Below, piece by piece: positions 61,201-64,000 of a stretch of DNA of 64,000 nucleotides (position 1 is its first letter; each line of letters begins with the position of its first letter). A model generated the notes under the pieces. It worked only from the letters and a program-made list of their open reading frames with translations, was not told where the DNA came from and searched no databases. Source of the stretch: Schmidtea nova (taxonomy: Eukaryota); the NCBI GenBank assembly GCA_044892505.1, contig CM097883.1:183706001-183770000 (forward strand), in the 5' to 3' direction. Both the position numbers and the translations under genes were made by a program.

Positions 61201-64000
61201 AACCACAGTTAAAAACAGCTAAGGAAAGGATATTAAGAAATAATTTAAATAAGTGGTCTGACCAAATAGTAGGACAAATTGAGAAAAATTGGGATAAGCT
61301 GATAACAGAGGAATTTAAGAACGTAAAAGAATGCATAGAAAACATAAGAGATACCGAAAAGATAAGATCGTCAAGATATGAAACCAATAGGTTAATAGGA
61401 AAGTTTGGAAAAACGATGTTTAAGAAAGGAGAAATAACGGGAGTTAAGGTGACAATAAAATTACCAAACGGCGAAGAAACGGAAATACATATAGAAGTGG
61501 GTTGTACGATTCGGGAATTGATGGAAATACTAGACAATACAATCCTACAGAGAGTAAAAGAGCAAAACGACGATGAGTATGAAGACGATATAGTGATAAT
61601 GTACAACGGTCACTTGTTGGAGAAACATGAAGAGATGTGTTTATATAGACTAGGCATATGGGATGACAAGCAGACGATAAGTATCATACCGATGGACGAT
61701 CCAGAGAGAATTACCCCAAGAGATGAAGCAAAAGCGAGAGAATTTCAAGAGGAAATGAACAAAAAGTTGAGACGAATAATGGATATATACGGACAATGGA
61801 GGAGAAATCCGAAATTCGGAGAACTATTAGAAGAATTAGACATGGAGCAATGTCGGAAAACACCTTGCGAGAAGGAGTGGGACGAAATCAATAAAGGTTG
61901 GACGATAAAAGAAGGAAGATATGCGGAAAAGGTTAAAAGAGAGATGGAAGACAAAAACGAACCAGATGCAAAACGGATTTGCATGGTAACACGAACAACT
62001 ATCCTACCCACAGATATAGACGGACCAGAATCAGCAGCCATACAGTTAGGTATGGAGAAAGCAAAAACGGAAGAGTTGATGGATATACTAAAAAGAAATG
62101 CACCACATAGAAGACGTACCGTGAAAAGTCTAGCAGAGTATATCATAGCAAATGTGGAAGACATTGACAGTTTAAGAAAAGTAGTAAAAGTCATTGAAGA
62201 ATACCGAAGAGGAAACGAATGGGTACCAGAACAATTAAACCAGGTAATCCGGAAATGGAGAAACCAAGAATGGGCACAAGAACGACTCGAGAGATTAAGC
62301 CTAAAGATAGTCTACCCACATTACAAGAAGGAGGAAATATGGGTACAACTTACGGAAAAAATTAGAGACATCAAAAAGAAATTGGCCTATGAGACGCCAT
62401 TTCATCTACAGCATCAAGGAAGATCATTAGACGATAACATGGAAATTGGAATAACACCGGTAGTGTTAGGAATTACAAATACGTTAACAGTAGCCGAAAT
62501 AGATGGACACCCACTAATAAGGAAGGAAGAGAGGAGATTAAAAGGTAGTATGAGTACACCAAGCCCACTAAAAGCAATAGCATCTCCAGAAACCGATCGG
62601 AATAGACCATCAACATCGTCAACAGAACAAAATAAAAGGGAACAATCACCAAAATCCTATGATGGTGATGAGATATTAATAGATAGTGATGATGCGTTGG
62701 AAGAATTAACAAAATTAACCATGAGAGAAAATGACAACATATTCGAAAGGATGGAACAACCAACGACATCTCAAATAAATGAAGTAGAAAAAGGAATAAC
62801 ACAAGAGGTAGTAATAGAAGCAGTTGACGAGGCGGAAGGACAATATTATCCACCAATGGAACAAGCAAGAGAACCACGAACAAGTGGAGAAAATCTGCAA
62901 TTGACCCAAGATTGGAATAACTGGCTGATGAATCGAGAAAACGACACAGTAGATAACATAGAAGAAAGAAGCAAAACAGTTAAAGAAATAGGTACGTCAA
63001 TGGATAAACGACCAAGGGGTCGACCAAAGTTAAACCCGGCAGAAATTATACCAAAGACTAGAGAAGAAAGGAGACAGGACCAATGGCAAATACGATTAGG
63101 GAAACTGGGAAAAATAGCAGACACGATTAATAAAGATAATATGCAGATAAAACAAGGGGCCGAATGGATCGAGAAATTACTCATGGAAGTGTTAGGGATA
63201 ATAGACCCAGAATTAAGAAAATTATGGTTACAAGACCAAGTAAGTGAAGGAGCTCGATTGCTACACAACGCTATTTCATCCATATTACCGGAAATAATCA
63301 AAGAGAAGACCAAGGCAACTCAATTGGATTGGGAAGGTGCAAGGAGATTAATAAGAACGCTAGTGGAAGAATCAGAAACACATGCAAAATATCTAGTGGC
63401 ATTAACATATACCATTTATAATTTACTCACATTGAGTAGAGGGAGAACACAGAGAATGTCATTCAGAAGACACGTAAAAGCCACGGCGCACATTATCGAA
63501 GTAGAGATCGAACCATATATCCTAAGAACTGGAGGATGGGAAAGATTTATAAAGGAAAAAAAGAACAAAGACCAAACAAAACCAACACAAAAGAAATTTA
63601 GAGAGTTGTTAAAGGAGTTAGAAAATGAAAGTACGACTATGGAAAACGGGAGGCCAATCACAACTTGGAATTCAGTAATTCTAATGTTGTTGATATGGAT
63701 GATGAGTGCAGAAGGAAATGCAGCGTTTGAAGTGTTCGACTGCGATCAAATGCAGTTAGGAGACAGATACTCGTTAAGAGGAACAGAACAATGTAAAGAC
63801 GCGAATCCAGTTAAGTTGAAAACGTTGAACAAGAAGATATTTTACCATGTGTATCAAGAATCAGATCTGATCCGGACAGAAGTTCAAGAATGTACAGTTA
63901 CTAGATCGAAATTTGCGTTTTACTGCGGCAGATCATCATACTCAGCAATCGTACTACCAGGAACAGATAAAAAACCCGTACAGTTATCAAGGAAAGGATG
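58224..64000 (+). CDS. gag: Giant Gag-accessory-glycoprotein polyprotein (open to window end; first ATG at 58644)
   Basis: Translated by hand, no stop from 58224 to 64000. Capsid-like FSGDASKF..WEEIK..F; CCHC x3 (59388-59540); Ubl-like domains; KRPRGRPK; EPYILRTGGWERF; signal/anchor; FDC..YSL..C..C..YCG. Confidence 0.9.

Larger units (their letters stand above)
51248..64000 (+). mobile_element. Element 2: giant Ty3/Gypsy LTR retrotransposon, 5' part
   Basis: LTR end CCAACA (54797) + tRNA-Pro PBS + Gag with CCHC knuckles; leader homologous to element 1. Left boundary inferred from TGTTGG at 51248. Confidence 0.85.

Noticed and set aside
62050-62280. CID- or death-fold-like helical domain in the polyprotein
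   Set aside because: Helical pattern only; no diagnostic residues.
58415-63661. Many minus-strand hydrophobic ORFs (also 31555-35202)
   Set aside because: Antisense shadows of A-rich sense ORFs.

Overview
AT-rich eukaryotic genomic DNA, almost all nested mobile elements. Nothing prokaryotic and no CRISPR array. The ~50-nt introns, NeSL-type retroelement, Polinton and multi-kb LTRs would fit a planarian-like invertebrate (inference only). Left to right: (1) 1-9.7 kb: a ZMYM1/Tip100-type hAT element split by a second hAT (541-7159, 13-bp TIRs, 9-bp TSD). The inner hAT carries a ~3-kb endogenised rhabdovirus-like L gene fused to the 3' end of a NeSL/R2-group retrotransposon, flanked by a ~175-bp direct repeat. 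(2) 9.7-22 kb: decayed LINE and Gypsy fragments and inverted LTR pieces. (3) 23125-41647: an internally deleted giant Gypsy element with 3-5 kb gene-bearing LTRs, tRNA-Pro PBS, RING ORF, integrase-ankyrin fusion and an FN3-like membrane protein. It is inserted (ATAA TSD) into another LTR of its own family and spans an assembly gap. (4) 43.1-47.8 kb: a Polinton remnant (capsid, protease, small ORF, apparently spliced pPolB). (5) 50.5-50.8 kb: first two exons of a host SDR gene. (6) 51.2 kb to end: a related giant Gypsy element whose >1900-codon open frame (missing from the ORF track because it has no stop in the window) reads Gag-3xCCHC-ubiquitin-like domains-AT-hook-Bcl-2-like domain-signal/anchor-chuvirus/gB-type glycoprotein, with no protease or RT before the glycoprotein. 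All family assignments are by-eye motif comparison; no database searches were run.
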